A DNA stretch of 64,000 bases from Psammoneis japonica. Taxonomy: Eukaryota. Numbering within the stretch: the stretch's first letter is position 1; the number at the start of each line of letters is the position of its first letter. The notes beneath the pieces are model-generated. The model saw only the letters and a program-made list of their open reading frames with translations. It was not told the DNA's origin and did not search any database. The stretch lies in NCBI GenBank assembly GCA_008632985.1, contig QPGO01000079.1, positions 124,001 through 188,000 of the forward strand, read 5' to 3'. A program made the translations under genes and the position numbers. Shown piece by piece: positions 37,513 to 50,800 of the stretch.

Positions 37513-40500
37513 TCATTCATCCAAATTGTCACTGTCACTGTCCCCTGCCGCGCTCTCATCATCCTCCACAGTGTCTTCCATGTCGTCATTCTCTCCCCCC
37601 CACTCACCAGCTTCGATGTCTTGTTCCTCCACCTCGTCCAAACAGTCCTCAAAACAATCCATTGCCTCCCGCTGTCGGATGGCATCCAGAATTCCTTCAT
37701 GCTCGTCATCACTCAAATGACATGGATGAAGAAGTGAAGCCTCATTCCTGTTGCACATGCTTGGCAGTTCCAGATTGGCTGATGGTTCATCAAGCTCAAT
37801 GTTGGCGGCTGCAATTTGCTTGAGCAACACTCTTGTCTTGCATTCCTCAGCATCACCGGGAGTGTGCCATCCTCTGGCCTGTGGAACAGGGTTGAGACAC
37901 GTTCCCTTGCAAACCCATTCACTGGCCTTGACAGTTGTGGGTGGGTCAAACTCTTTCCAAACCTCGTCCTCCTGTGCTTTGTGGGGGGAGTTCATCCCAT
38001 TGCAGCAGACAGAATCCCTCCTCAGATTCACAAGACAATGCGGCACAGCTGTTTGGAACAATTTCCTTGGCCATTTCCTCAGTCAGGAAGTCCAACACAG
38101 ATTTGTGAACCAACTGCACCTCGTTGGCGTCACTCTCATCTGTTTGAATCACCTGACACACTTGCCAATCGTTCAGTCCCTCAAAGATGGGCCACAGTTT
38201 GCAAGCTCGGTTGACAGGCTTCACAAGCACAAGGAATTCTTCGCAATGCAACCCAACCAATCGAGAAAAGAGGTTCAAATCGGAAATGGTGCAAGGCTCC
38301 AATGCCACAATGGCGCATGTGCACTTGCACCAATCCAGTCAACTTGACTTTGATTGAAGAGCCAAGAACATCGTCAGCTTCCTGCAGACAATGCACCCTT
38401 TGCATTGACTTTCAAAGGGATTCCCTCTTGGCATGTTTTCTGTCACCAACTGCACCGAAAGCATTCTTGTTCTTTGTGACTGTTTTGCAACATTCCTTTG
38501 CATGACTGTGCGTGGCTACAACACTGTTGTCATCCATGACCAAAGCTTCAGGTCCAATTTTCCCATCCTTGTCATTGGCTCCTGCAACAGTTGCAGACCG
38601 CATTTCTCGATGTGTGAGTGATTTGATGCAGGCTCCAATGCCATCAACCTCTCCTTTGCCATGTCCAGGTGCTCCGATGGCACGGTCAAACACAATGTTG
38701 CATTTGTGCGCAAAGACAGACAACAAGCACAGCGCCAAAGCACATCGGCATTGTTTGGCACAACCATCAGTGTGATCCCAAATCACAAGCCACGCCTTGT
38801 GCAGGTTGCAGTTTTTTAACCAGGTGACAAACTTTTCCAAGTGAGCATTGGCGGTGGTGGCATCTTGCTTGGAAGAGTCAGAGAGATGCGCATGATGTGT
38901 TTTCTGAAGCTTGTTGTCAACCATTGCATCGCAAACTCTTCCTTCGATTGACAATGTTCGGTTGTTGCCACAATGGTCACCCTGAACTTGGTTGTTGAAC
39001 TCTGCCTTCTGACGCTCGGAGCAGTCATGAGACGTGAACAGGCTGTTGGGTGTTGACTCAAATGCTTTGCGACGCATTTCCATGCAATGATTTTTCCCAA
39101 GAATGACCACATGGGGAAGGTGGCAGCGGAGCTTCTCTAAACTTGGAATGCAGTGCTCTTTTGTGAAGACACCGACTGGTTTTCGGAACCTTGTCAACAA
39201 GGTCCTGCATTTCACCTTTGCATCCTTGTTCCCATCTGGATCTGCCTCACAAACAGGACATGCTTCCATGTGCACACCATGCTTGGAACAACTTTTTGCA
39301 GTCAAGCAACGTTGAAACAAAACTTGGGGCGCACTGGGACTTTCATTCTGTTCCAACAATGGAGTTGGACAGGATGGGCAATGCTCGCATTCACCCAAAA
39401 CGCATTTCCAATGAGGATGATCCTGACCATTGACATTGCCACAAATGATGGTTGCAACTGCATCTCGGGCTTTAGGATGAAGGTGATGGCTGTTGGAGCC
39501 AAACGCTTCCTCTTGACAGACACGCATTGTTTCCTCCAATTTGCCAAGGGCACTGTCACAGTTCTCCAAGTTCTCAGGATCCTCACTCGCAAGCTTCAAC
39601 CGATTTTGCTCCACCTCCATCTCTTTTAAAAGCTTCCTTCGAAACCTGTTCAATGCATCTTGCAGAAAATTGGCGTTGGTGCAATCGCTGCATTGACACA
39701 TGATGCGTTGACTTGCGCTCATTTTTCGACACTGCTTGGGAATCAAAAATCGAAACATCGTGTCGCTGATGAGGGTCTTGCCATTGGCATCACGTGCATG
39801 TTCGAATCCGCCAACAGACACAGGCTTCAACATGTCGTTGTGCAGCTCACGTGTGGACACATTGCGCAACCATTTGTTCACTCGTTTCTTGTTTCCATCT
39901 TCATCTTCAATGAGAATCATGTCTCATGTGTTGGGAGACTGCACTGTGTCAGGATGATTTGACAACCAGTGCACAAATGCCTTTCGGATCTCAGGGGAAA
40001 CTTTGTGAGGATGCCGATGGGGTTGCACTGAAGACCACATGACATCATCAGTGTTTGAAAGCAACACCTCTCTGGCAATCTTTCCCTTCTTCATTTGGCG
40101 ACAAACAGTGCTCCGTTTCAGGCCAAGTGCCTTGGCGCAGTCATGGGAAGACAACTTTTCCTCTTCAGCAGATTTTTCTGGTGAACTGGAGATTCCAGTT
40201 GCAAGAGCACGGACAAACGATTTTTTGTCGTCGGCGAGGTGTTGACCATTGCTGGTGTCATTGGCACGTGCCCACATTTTGCCCAGCTGCTTGGCAATTT
40301 GCAAGGCCGCAGCATTTGTTTTCGGCAATGTCAAGTTGCAAGCCTGAAGAAATGGGGCCATTTCGGGAAAATGCAAAGCATGCACAAATGCACAGATTTG
40401 TTGTTCTTGAGTGGCGGCGCAAGACAACACTCCTTCTCTTGCTTTGACCGCTGCATGACAAAGTGCCTGTTGGGGATCTTTGTGGGTTGCTTCGAATGCA

Positions 40501-41015
40501 TGAGGATTAAAAGTGGGGCAACCTTGGGAGGTGGCGAGGTTGACAGCAGTTCGGTTGGCCGAAGCGACAGAGGGAGTGATGGCGGCATTGTCAGAGTTGG
40601 GGTTGGAGGGAGTGGCAGCCGCTCCTGCAGCGTGCATTTGGGAGGGGCCTGGCTGTCTTGGCAAGGACAACCCTGGACAATGAGTGGGGTGTCCCTTGGA
40701 GGTGTTCGGGTTGAAAGCAGCCAGGTCGGCGGGAGCAACGGAGGGAGTGACGGCGGCATTGTCAGAGTCAGGGTTGGAGGGAGTGGCGGCCACTCCTGCA
40801 GTGTGCATTTGGGAGGGGCCTGGCAGTCTTGGCATGGATGACACTGGACAATGAGTGAGGTGTTCTGTGGAGGGGTTCGGGTTGAAAGCAGCCAGGTTGG
40901 CAGGAGCAACGGAGGGAGTGACGGAGGCAGCAGAGCTCAGGTTGTTCAGATTGAAGGGAGTGGCTGCAGCTGCTTCAGCTGCAGCAACGACATGGTCGGA
41001 GACCGTGGAGTGCAT
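37513..41015 (-). pseudogene. DDD transposase, Sola2-like, interrupted by TGA stops and frameshifts
   Basis: SHDCSER..NNQVQGDH, HLSDSSKQD, WDHTDGCAKQcRC, GAPGHGKGEVDGIGA.IK, RRIPCACEAC. In-frame TGA at ~39924 and ~38412, plausibly from CGA. Confidence 0.7.
40500..40930 (-). repeat. 171-bp (57-codon) tandem repeat x2.5 in the transposase N-terminus
   Basis: GAGGGAGTGA.GG.GGCA at 40570, 40741 and 40912; AAVTPSVAPA repeats in translation. Confidence 0.85.
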
Positions 41016-44000
41016 TTCAAGTTCACGACAAGGCTTCTTGTTTTTGCTGTTGCCAGTCCCTGACTTGTGTCAACGGCCAACTCCATTTTGCTTCTTCCTT
41101 TTGTTGCCCATGATGCACTGGAAATTTGATTGAAAGTGTGCGTCGAGAGGGCTGGTGGATGAGACGGATGGCAAGTCGAGAGGACACATTTTTTTGGCGT
41201 GCTCAATCAAATTAACTGCATTGTGTCTGTAGAAATGAGGCATGTTCAGACGTCAGTTGAGTTGAAGAAGACCAAACACACGAGCTCCGAAAAATGAAAA
41301 AGTGAGTGATCACGAGCATTTTTCACGTAGAATGGGACACCAGCCGAAAATCACATTTGGCACAATTGAGTCCTTCATTTTTGATCATTTCGAAAATCGA
41401 AAGGTGAGTGTACACCCGAAAACACATGTAAAGTGTACACTTGCCCTTCAATTTGGCAAAAAATGGATTTTGATGACAAAACAGTCAAAACTCTTTGCAC
41501 CCCCACAGTCATGTCTGATCCTGTGATTGTTGAAAGCAACAAGCTTGCAGAAAGCATTCTGCCTCATGACACAGTCTGGGTCTCCTCTGAGTCTGATCAG
41601 AAAGAGTTTTTGCCATGTCTCCTCTGGCCCACCACAGCCAACTTTCCTGTGTTTGACTGTTTGTGCTTCCACCCAAATGGCGAGGTGTCTCCACTTCAAA
41701 TGACCAACGGGAAATGTGGCAGCTGCAACTTGCAGGCAAGCGGCAGTGAGGAAGCAATTGCCTGAACTGGAAGCAATCAGCAGGATGCAAAAAAGTTGGA
41801 TGAACCAATGGTGAGATCTCTTTTAACTTTGACCATGATGAAGAGTCTTGGTGCCCAGCAAGAGAGGCAAGCTGTGGACTGCCCCTTCAAAGAAACTTTT
41901 CTTTGATTGGAAAGCACCCGCAATGGAAACAACCACAGAGTCTCTTGTTGACCTGTGAAATGTTTTGCTTCCCAAAGGATCACCTGCACCACAGCTGCTG
42001 GCTCATCTGAGCTGATCGCACCAAGGAACTGCACAGCGCCAATGGCGAATGCATGACAGGGGGGTGCGTGCTCTCCATTTTATGAAGTCTCCTCACTGGG
42101 AAGGGGAGAAAACAAGGAAAGCAAATTGCACGGGTCTCCAAGGTAGAATGGCGACCCTTGCCTTGACCAGCACATTTGTTGCCAAGCCAATCATGGTCAT
42201 CCCACAAGACCCAAGATGGCTTGAGCAACCCATGTCCCCTGAGCACAACCAGCTCATGCACTGTTGTTGCCAGTCACGCTGCTGCTCATGGACCAACCCA
42301 TCACAAGAGAAAACACATGTTGGGCTTTGGCAAAACCCACCGTCAAAGTGCAGGCCCTCCAACACCTGTTGTCCAATGCCTCTGCTGTCTGTGTCTGGCT
42401 TTGGGGGGGGGGGGGGAGAACAAGAACTCACTTTTGTGATGGAGGTGGCTTCCAGCATCTGCTGCTGGACACTGTTCTCTCTCTGTCTCTCTTGCAGCCA
42501 CACTGCCAAAGTTCACTCCATCTCTTGCCCTCTCTCTGCAAGAAGTGAGGAGGCACTGCCTGTGCAACAACTGCAGTGCTGAGAACTGCAAGCTTGCCAG
42601 TCACACCGGTCACACAACCAAAGCAGTGCTTTTTCTGTTGGATTCCATGAGTTGCACTGACCAATGCTCTCTTTCTAAAGCAGTGTTGCAGAAATCTGCC
42701 AGAAGCAAGCACGGTTCAACCTGTGGCATCCACACAGCCCCATTTGACATGATTGTTCATGTTTTTGTGGGGGTCATGAAAAACAATGCAGCCATTAGAA
42801 CATCAACAGCAACCACAGTGCACCAAGGTGAGATCAAAGAATGATTGCAAGCTGGCTCTGATGGCCATCAGAGGCCGCAATGTGGTGGCTTCCACTTTCC
42901 TTTGTGTGTTTTTCAACATGCATTGTCAAAATTGTCAACAAACTGAATTTGAAAACTGCCGGCAACAGTGCTCAACAAAGTGCAGCTGTTTTGTGCATTT
43001 TGTCTCTGATGTCTCATCAGCTTTTCTTGCACAAGCTTCAATCAAATGCATGCAATGTTTGATTTGGTTGGGATTGACATCCATTTTTATGATGCATTTT
43101 TTGGTTTCCTTTTGATGGTCATCAACTTGAACTTTGTTTCAACTTTGGCCCTCCCCAACTCACGTGCGTGTGTCTTTGCACATGTGCAGTCTGCTTCACG
43201 CACGCACGTGACCCACCCTAATTTTAGGTTCCTCTTCATGCTTCCCAGATTTGTGCAGCCCCCTTGGTCTGCAGCGTTTTCAGCATTTTTTTCACATGTG
43301 CAATTTTCCACACACTTCACAATGGCACACCCTCTCCCCAAAAGTTGAAAAGCAAGAGCATGTGCTGTCATGATTCATGTGGATTCTGCGTGTGGCTGCA
43401 AATCTGCAAATCTACAACCCTGTTGGCCAATGACAGCAGCTCAACAAGTGGTGAAACCTGCTGTTCTCCTTCTGGTTGGTCAAGACAGGTTTTGATTGGG
43501 GCATTGCTTGAGTTTCGTGATCATGAGTGTGCTGTCATTAATCTGCTGCATTGAAGAATCATCATCCAGAGTGCACCAAGCCACTGGCATGTTGTTGTGT
43601 GCACTCATGTCACAAACTTTTCTGCAGCATTGGCACAATTGCGTGTGTCAGAATTTTGCATCCAGAATCATTGCAAGTTGCCATGAATGACACTCTTCAA
43701 ACAAGGTGTGTGCAAAAAGAGGTTCATTGGTTTTTGATGCATTTGCCAACATTGTGTCCATCTCCTCCAATTTTTACATCCAGATCCAGAAAGACTGCAG
43801 GTGGTGCTTGTTCCCACAGCTCTCAGAATCACACACATGAAATGTTGCTTGCCACAAATGACACTCTTCAAACAAGGCATGCACAAAAAGGTTTTTGATG
43901 CATCCGCCAATGTTGCGTCCGTCTTCTCCAATTTTCGGCACACAGATCCAGGAAGACTGCAGAGGCAGAGAGCAGGGAGGCAACTCATTGGAGGTTGCCT

Positions 44001-45399
44001 GAGTTGTTGGGCTCATTTTTAAAGGCTTCCCACATCTCTCTGCTGCTTCTGGTCCATGCTCCAAATTGTCATTGATGAACCATCTCAGCATGGGAGGCAC
44101 AGGGCAAACTCAGTCATTGCTGCATGACTTTGTTGTTCACACAGCACTTTGCACAGTGTGGCACACATGCAGGTGGTGCTTGTTCCCACAGCCATTCCAG
44201 CAAGTGCATTCTGTGGCACTTGAGATGTTTTTTGCTTGCTCATGTGCTTTCTTTCTGTGTTTCTTTAAATTGCAGCAGTGGAGCTGGGTGCTTGATCTCT
44301 TGCACTGCTCACAGGTGCCCACATTGCTGCTCCATGATCAGCGCCGGTGCCAGATGCACTGGCGAGTCTGTGTTGCTGTTCACATTGGTCATGTTGGCTC
44401 ATCTGTGTCATGCTCTCACAACATGCTTCATGCTTTTTGGCAACAAACAAGGCAGATCAGAGCAACAGCACTTCGCCTGCTCCAGAATCAGTGGCATCAG
44501 ATGCACTGCCAAGTCTGTGTTGCCATCCCCATGGGTTGTGTTGGTTCATCTTCGTTGCACTCTCACAACGTGTTCTGTGCTGTTTGGCAATGAACAAGGT
44601 GGATTGGAGCAATGGCAGTTCAAATCATGGAACAGCAGCTCCTGCTGCAAACTTGCCTGATCAGAATCAATGGCACTGGATGCACCGGCAAGCCCACATT
44701 GCCGTTCCTGTTGGTTGTGTTGGTTCATCCACACTGCACTCTCACAACATGTTCTGCACTTTTTGGCAATGAACAAGGTGGCTGCCAGCAGTGGCACTTT
44801 GGGAAAGAGAAGTGCAACTGCTGATGCAAACTTGTGTGGTGTTGTCTCCATCAGCATCAAATTGAAACAGATGTGAACAACAAAATGAACATTTGTGGTG
44901 CAATGCAAATGGTTTTATTTTGCAGGTTTTGTGGGGACAGAGGGTGGGCACTCTCACAGGGAAACGGGTTGCTGTTTCACAGCAGTGAAACATGTTTTTC
45001 TCACAGGGAGGGGGGGGGGTCAGACCCCACAGCATGAAAATGTTCATCTGTCACAGTTGACATGTCATCACCATGCACACAACTGATGAGGTTTGATGGT
45101 GTGTTGTTTTAACCTCCAAAAGGAAAAAATCAGTGTGGGAAAGGAGTTGCCAATCACTGCAATGTGCACTCTGATGGCACTCACATGTCATCTGTTGATC
45201 CTTCAATTGAAACCAGTTGACACCAAGTGATGGATGAATCTGAAGGCATTTGGCACACCAGATCCTCCTGGCAATGCCAGGCCAACTTCAGCTCAATCTG
45301 GCTCATTGCTGTGCCACTGGAAGGAGGCCTCATCACATTGCATGCCAAACTGATTGATGGTTTGAATGTTGAAACCAATCAAGGGAGTTCCACAAGATC

Positions 45400-47830
45400 T
45401 GTGGAGATGCAAATCCAGCAACATGAGTGAAAGAAGCCAAGGTGTGGAATGTGTGGGCACCGTCACGGCCAAGAAGGCCTTTGAAGATGGAGGAGTGTCA
45501 AGCTCAAATGAACATTCTGATGAGAAATGAGACAAACTCAATGATGTGGAAGCATCCCATGCCAAGTCTTGTCAAGTTCAAATTCCATGTGATGAGCGGA
45601 CTGGATGACTCCACCCAAAACAAACTTTGCTGCAGGCTGTCCGCAGCAATGCTGATCCCGCAAAAGTGTGTGTTGGAGAACATGACTCCTGGCACATGAC
45701 CTGCAACAGGCTGCAAGAGTTCCACAGGACTGAGACTGGCACAACTGGCCATCGTGCAAGAAGTGACTCTCTCTGTGTGAAGGGTCTGTGCAGGAGTTGC
45801 ACGGTGCCAAGTGTGAGCATGTGGATTGGCTCTGCATGAGTGTCAACAAGTCTTTTCAATGACTTGTGCTTGAGTCTTTCCAATGACTCACCATGCAACA
45901 AGAATTCTGGTTTCTTGGAAAAGAACACCATCGTGCATCATTTGCACTCATTGCTGTGACCCATGCATGAACAGCACACAAGCACTCATGTCTAAAGGCA
46001 GAGATTTTCTGTGTTGTGTAAAATTAAATTGTGAGACTGTTTCAATTAGAGTGCAAATGCAAGATGGTGTTCTTTTCCAAAAAACCAGAATTCTTGTTGC
46101 TGTGACCTGTGCATGAACAACACACAAGCACTTGTGTCTAAGAGGCAGAGATTTTCTGTGTCCTGCAAAATTAAAATTGTGAGACTGTTTCAATTGGAGC
46201 ACAAGCAAGTGATGGTGTTCTTTTCCAAGAAACCAGAATTCTTGTCACACAACAAGTCATTGGAAAGACTCAAGCACAAGTCATTGAAAAGACTTGTTGA
46301 CACTGAAGCAGAGACAATCCACAGGCTCATGCTCAGCACTGTGCAACTCCCACACAGCCCCTTCATGCAGAGAGCAAGTCACTTGCACAATGGCCAGCTG
46401 CACTGTTCTTGGTTGCATGGAACTCCTGTAGCCTGTCACAGGTCTTGCACTGGGAGTCACATTCTCCAACATGTGCTTCTGTGGGATCAGCATTGCTGTG
46501 GACAGCCTGCAGACACAGGAAAGTGGCATCAACAGTGGCTGCAGCAGGGATGCCTGCTGCAAAAGCTGGTGGGCACAAAATTGCCATGAACCATGAGGAA
46601 CAAGATGCTCCAGACCAGGTTCTGCTGGGAGCAATGTGTCCACAGTTTTGTGTCTTGTTGGGGCTGGCCATTTGGAAGTGTTTCATGGTGTGGGAGGGGC
46701 CACTGAATGTGCGCCATGCAAGTTTGAACTTGCTGATGACTTGAGGGTGCCAGAAGGTGGAGAGGGTGAAAGAAGCTGTCTCTGCCATGCTTGGCTTTGA
46801 AGTGTGCTCACCTGGAGTTTCTGGCAGCCCCCTGGTCTCATTGGTTTGCAAAGCAACAGAAAATTCCCACCCAGTTGTGGTCAGAGAAATGAGAAATGGC
46901 TCTGTCACAAAGATGAGAAGGGCTGCCGAGAGTTGCTGGAGGGCAAGTGCTCAAATGTTGGATCTGTGCAATGGCGCAGAGTTGCCTTGGCCCAGTGCAA
47001 AGGTGGCATCTGGAGACTCTGTGTCAGCAAGCCATGCAAATGCATCATGAAGGAGGGAGGCAACCAGGACATGTTGAGTGACTTCTTGCTGCAGCACATT
47101 GTTTTAGCAACATGGAACAAGTTCCCAGATGAAACATCATTGATGCTTGGCAGGGCACTGTTTTGGCTTGAAGCAAAGACCATGACCATCTTTCTTTGCA
47201 CATCTGAGAAAGAGTGCACCAAGCACACAGTCAAGCAAAGCAACTCCCCAAGGGCAAAAACCCAGCTGAGAAAATTGTTTTGGTTGTCATGGGTCAAGAT
47301 GCAAAAGTGCACTTCAATGAGGTGCTTCAAGTTGACAATGTGGATGAAGAAAGAAGGCAATTGGGTCAGGCTTGAGCTTTGCTGGCAAAAGAACTCTCAC
47401 AACAGGATGAGCTTGGGTGGGCTGTGTGCTCAGAAGTGAGGTCAGTGAGGTGCATGTTGGAAGAGTTGAGTGCAAGAGGTAAAGACAGACATGTGCTCAG
47501 ATTGACAGCTGCCTTGCCAACATGGGGCACAATGTGAGATGCCTTGCAGCCCAATCTGCATTTAGAGTCACTCAAAACAACCAACATCATGACATGTGTA
47601 GAACACCAAGCTGCCGCAGCTCAATGGCAAGCTCCTCCAAGTGCAAACAGCACAAACCATGTGCCTTGTCAGAGCACACCAAGCCCAACAATCAAAGGAC
47701 CATTTTCATTTGTTGTGGCAGGAGTTTGAAAATGGGATTGAGAGTTAGAAGCCTGCATGGAAATTTGCTCAAGGAGAGTGTGGCAGAGTCAAACACAAGT
47801 GTGGCAGAAGGAAAATTGCATGCCACCCTG
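45400..47830 (+). mobile_element. Crypton-like tyrosine-recombinase element relic with GCR1_C-like C-terminus
   Basis: Fragments FKFHVMSGLDD; EEQDAPDQVLLGAMCPQFCVLLGLAIW; CWRASAQMLDLcNGAELPWPSAKVA; LGRALFW; LLWQEFENGI..KPAWKFAQGECGRVKHKcGRRK. Recalled motifs only. Confidence 0.55.
45633..46509. mobile_element. Foldback/MITE with ~300-bp terminal inverted repeats, inserted in the Crypton-like relic
   Basis: CAGGCTGTCC.CAGCAATGCTGATCCC at both ends. Arms ~45633-45932 and ~46211-46509 give matching translations on opposite strands. Internal ~148-bp tandem duplication. Confidence 0.85.
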
Positions 47831-50800
47831 CAAAAGAACTCCAGAACAACAAAAATTCATGCAGAAACAGAGCTAGGTTCCCAGCAGAAACGCCAAGAAA
47901 GTCCAGAATTGTGTGATTTTTTGACATCCCTGGCACTGATTCTACACAGCTTTTTGACATTCCAGACTTTCTTGGCATTTCCACTGGGGCCCTTGCACTG
48001 CTTCCACACAAATTTGTCAATCCAGAGTTCTTTTGTGGGGCAGCATGGGGCTTGGTTTCTGGGCTTGTCAGGGCTGGATTGATTGTGCAGGTTGCTTGTG
48101 ATTGAACATGCCAGGTGTGTGGTGCCTTCATCACCAACACAACCAACAGCTTGAAACAGGACATCAAAGATGGTTGGCTGCATTGGCCACTGCAGATGCG
48201 ATGCAAACTCCAGCACACAAACTTGATCAATTTCTTAAAATTTGGCTTCACATGCTTGGATGAAAAAAAGGATGAGTTGAGCACAAGAAAGAAACAACAA
48301 TGACAGCTCAACAAAAGCAATGGACAAATCTTTCACAGCACCCATGAGAAAACTGAGGTGGTTGCTCTGCAACTCATGCACAGATGTCATCATTTGCAAA
48401 ACAACAACAATGGCTGCATTGTTTGGACTGCAATGGCACCATGCCAACCTGTGAGCCAGTTTCAAAAAGCATGCCATGATGCTTTGCCTGACTCAACATT
48501 GCAGCAACCCAAGTTCAGTGTGGCATCAGGCTGGCCTCAACTGTGGAATGCTGTCAATGCAGCAATTTGGTTCACATCGTGTGAAAACAAGTTGGGCCAT
48601 CTTGCCACTCATTTGGCTTTCTTGCAAAGCTGTTGAGAGTGAAACATGGCAACAGAACAGCTTTTTCACAAGTTGTCATGCACAACACGGAACATCCTGC
48701 TGCACTGAAATGCTTGATTAAACTGCAAGATGCTAGATGTTTGACAGTCACAGCTGCGCCCATCCAAACACATGGGCATCTTCAAGCTGTGGACATGATC
48801 CAGGCCACTCAGAGCACATCTAATGTGGTGGCACTGGCAACACTCATGTTGGCCAATGACAAGTCTGCTGGCACCATGCAACTGGCTCAAGAAGTCACCG
48901 TGCATGTTGTTGTCAACAACATGGCATGTTGTTTCATGTCAATGCATCTCAAGCTGCATTCAAAGTTTCCATTTCTTGCCAAGCACTGGGTGGCACCAAT
49001 TTGTTCAGCCTGGCAGGTGACAAAGCAAGGGCTTCCAAGGTCACTGCCTGTTTGCATGACCAGCAAACATGTCTGGATCCAGCTTCTGCTGTGGATGTTG
49101 GAACACAGGGGTGTGGTGCAGTTTTTGGATGAGCACAGACACAGACAATGTTGAAGTGAAAGTGATGCTGACAACTGCTGGTGTTGGAACATTGGGGTCA
49201 GACGCAGGTTTTGCAGGACAGACTGACAATGCTGCAGTGTGAGATGTGCCAATGATTGTGAACAATGTGGTGAATTTGTGTTCATTGCTCAGATTGAGTT
49301 GCAGGTCTTGTGCTCACTTTTTGACTTCTGCACCTGGTTGACATGGTGACAGTGGTTGGCGGCATTGGGAATGTGTTTGTGCATGTCACACGGTGAGTTT
49401 TGGGTTGGTTAGACCAAACTCAACATAAAAGCTAAAAAGCCATGGCACGACACTCAAAGGAGTGGTGTCATTCAAAGGCAAAGGCTGGGAAGTCATCCGG
49501 AATCCAAAGGCAAAGGCTGGGAAGTCAACAGGAATCCAAAGGCACATCTCATGTTGGTGGATTGTGGCAAACAAGCTGGCTGGACAAGGGCAAAGAAACA
49601 ATCTCTTGAGAGCCTTGTTGTCAAAGATGCTGTTGAGGGTCTGCAGAAAGAGGGTGTGGCAAGGTTGTGTCAGGGCCGGTGAGACTGAGTGCGTGGCTGT
49701 TGGCAAGCTGCAATGCTCAACCACAAGACATGGGCAAGGACACAGCTGAGTGCAAAAGCATGAAAGATTTGAAGGAGTGGGTGCATGTCACCACTGTCAA
49801 GTCAGGATGACAGGCAGGTGGTTGCATGGACACCATGAGGAAGATTGACAAGCATGTCAAAAGAATGTTTGGGGCCAGAGATGCAGATGCTGACATCTCT
49901 GAGACAGGAGAGCATGCCAAAGGAGCCAGACCATCTGTCGGGAGGCACCATGTCAGAGAAGGAAAAGACAATCTGGGGCAAGCAATGTGATCACCATGAA
50001 AAAGAGAGTGCAATCCACAAGACACGGAAGGTGAAAGTGCACCACATGTGTCCATCACCAGAAAATTGGTTCAAGAGATGTGTGCACAAAAATCAAGAAC
50101 ACTCAGAACTGACATCTCACACCTTCTTTGGCTGCCCAACAACTGGCATTTTCTCAATGCATCATGTGTCAGCAGCCAGATCTGTGCTGCCAAGCTTCTG
50201 CTTTGCACCCTCATTGCCAAAAGAGGAAATGACACCATCAAGTCTGATTGCCATCTTTGATCATCATGACAAAGTGTGAGACAAGATGAGATGGTGGTCA
50301 TCAGCCATCAGTGTTGGAAGAACAAACCCAAGAATGATGAGGGACAGGCTCACCTCCCTTTTGGAACACTTGGCAACTGCCAGTTGGAAATTTGTGAAGC
50401 CCAACCAAATGGGGTGGCTGCTGTGCTTCTGACTGCCACCACACTTCCATGGCAGCACAGCAAGCATGCTGCACAGGTGACAGTGTCTCCAAGAACTGCA
50501 ATGACCTGAATCATCAGTCTGCAGTTGACAGAGCAAAATGAAGATGTGCAAATGGGGCACTCTGATGCAGTGGATGCTGTTGGTTTTGCAGTGTTGCCTT
50601 GCTGACTTGGCTGGCAGACAGCACTGGTGCAGGAGAAGGCCATGAAGATGAGTCACTCATGTGCTGGACAAGGCTGAAGACAAAGACCACACAACTGTGA
50701 AGATGCGCAGCAAATGGCACTTCACAATGCACCAGAGTTTGCATGAGAGGACAAAGCCAAGAATGCTGAAAGGCACAATTTTTGAAGGCCCAAGTTGCAG

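Larger units (their letters stand above)
25900..41490. mobile_element. Large DNA transposon relic: Sola-like transposase plus convergent cargo gene(s); ends not resolved
   Basis: Transposase on the minus strand at ~37500-41015 and long + strand ORFs at 25939-37720. Uniform TA-depleted, CG-retaining composition changes at ~41500. Confidence 0.5.

Noticed and set aside
19805..41493. GAGGGTCATTATGACCGTTTTT and the reverse complement of ~41470-41493 as TIRs of the large transposon
   Set aside because: Similarity is too weak and there is no TSD. The left site lies inside a different TIR element.
49700..50700. Possible Copia gag relic
   Set aside because: Only vague motif resemblance in broken frames, with no LTR or pol found
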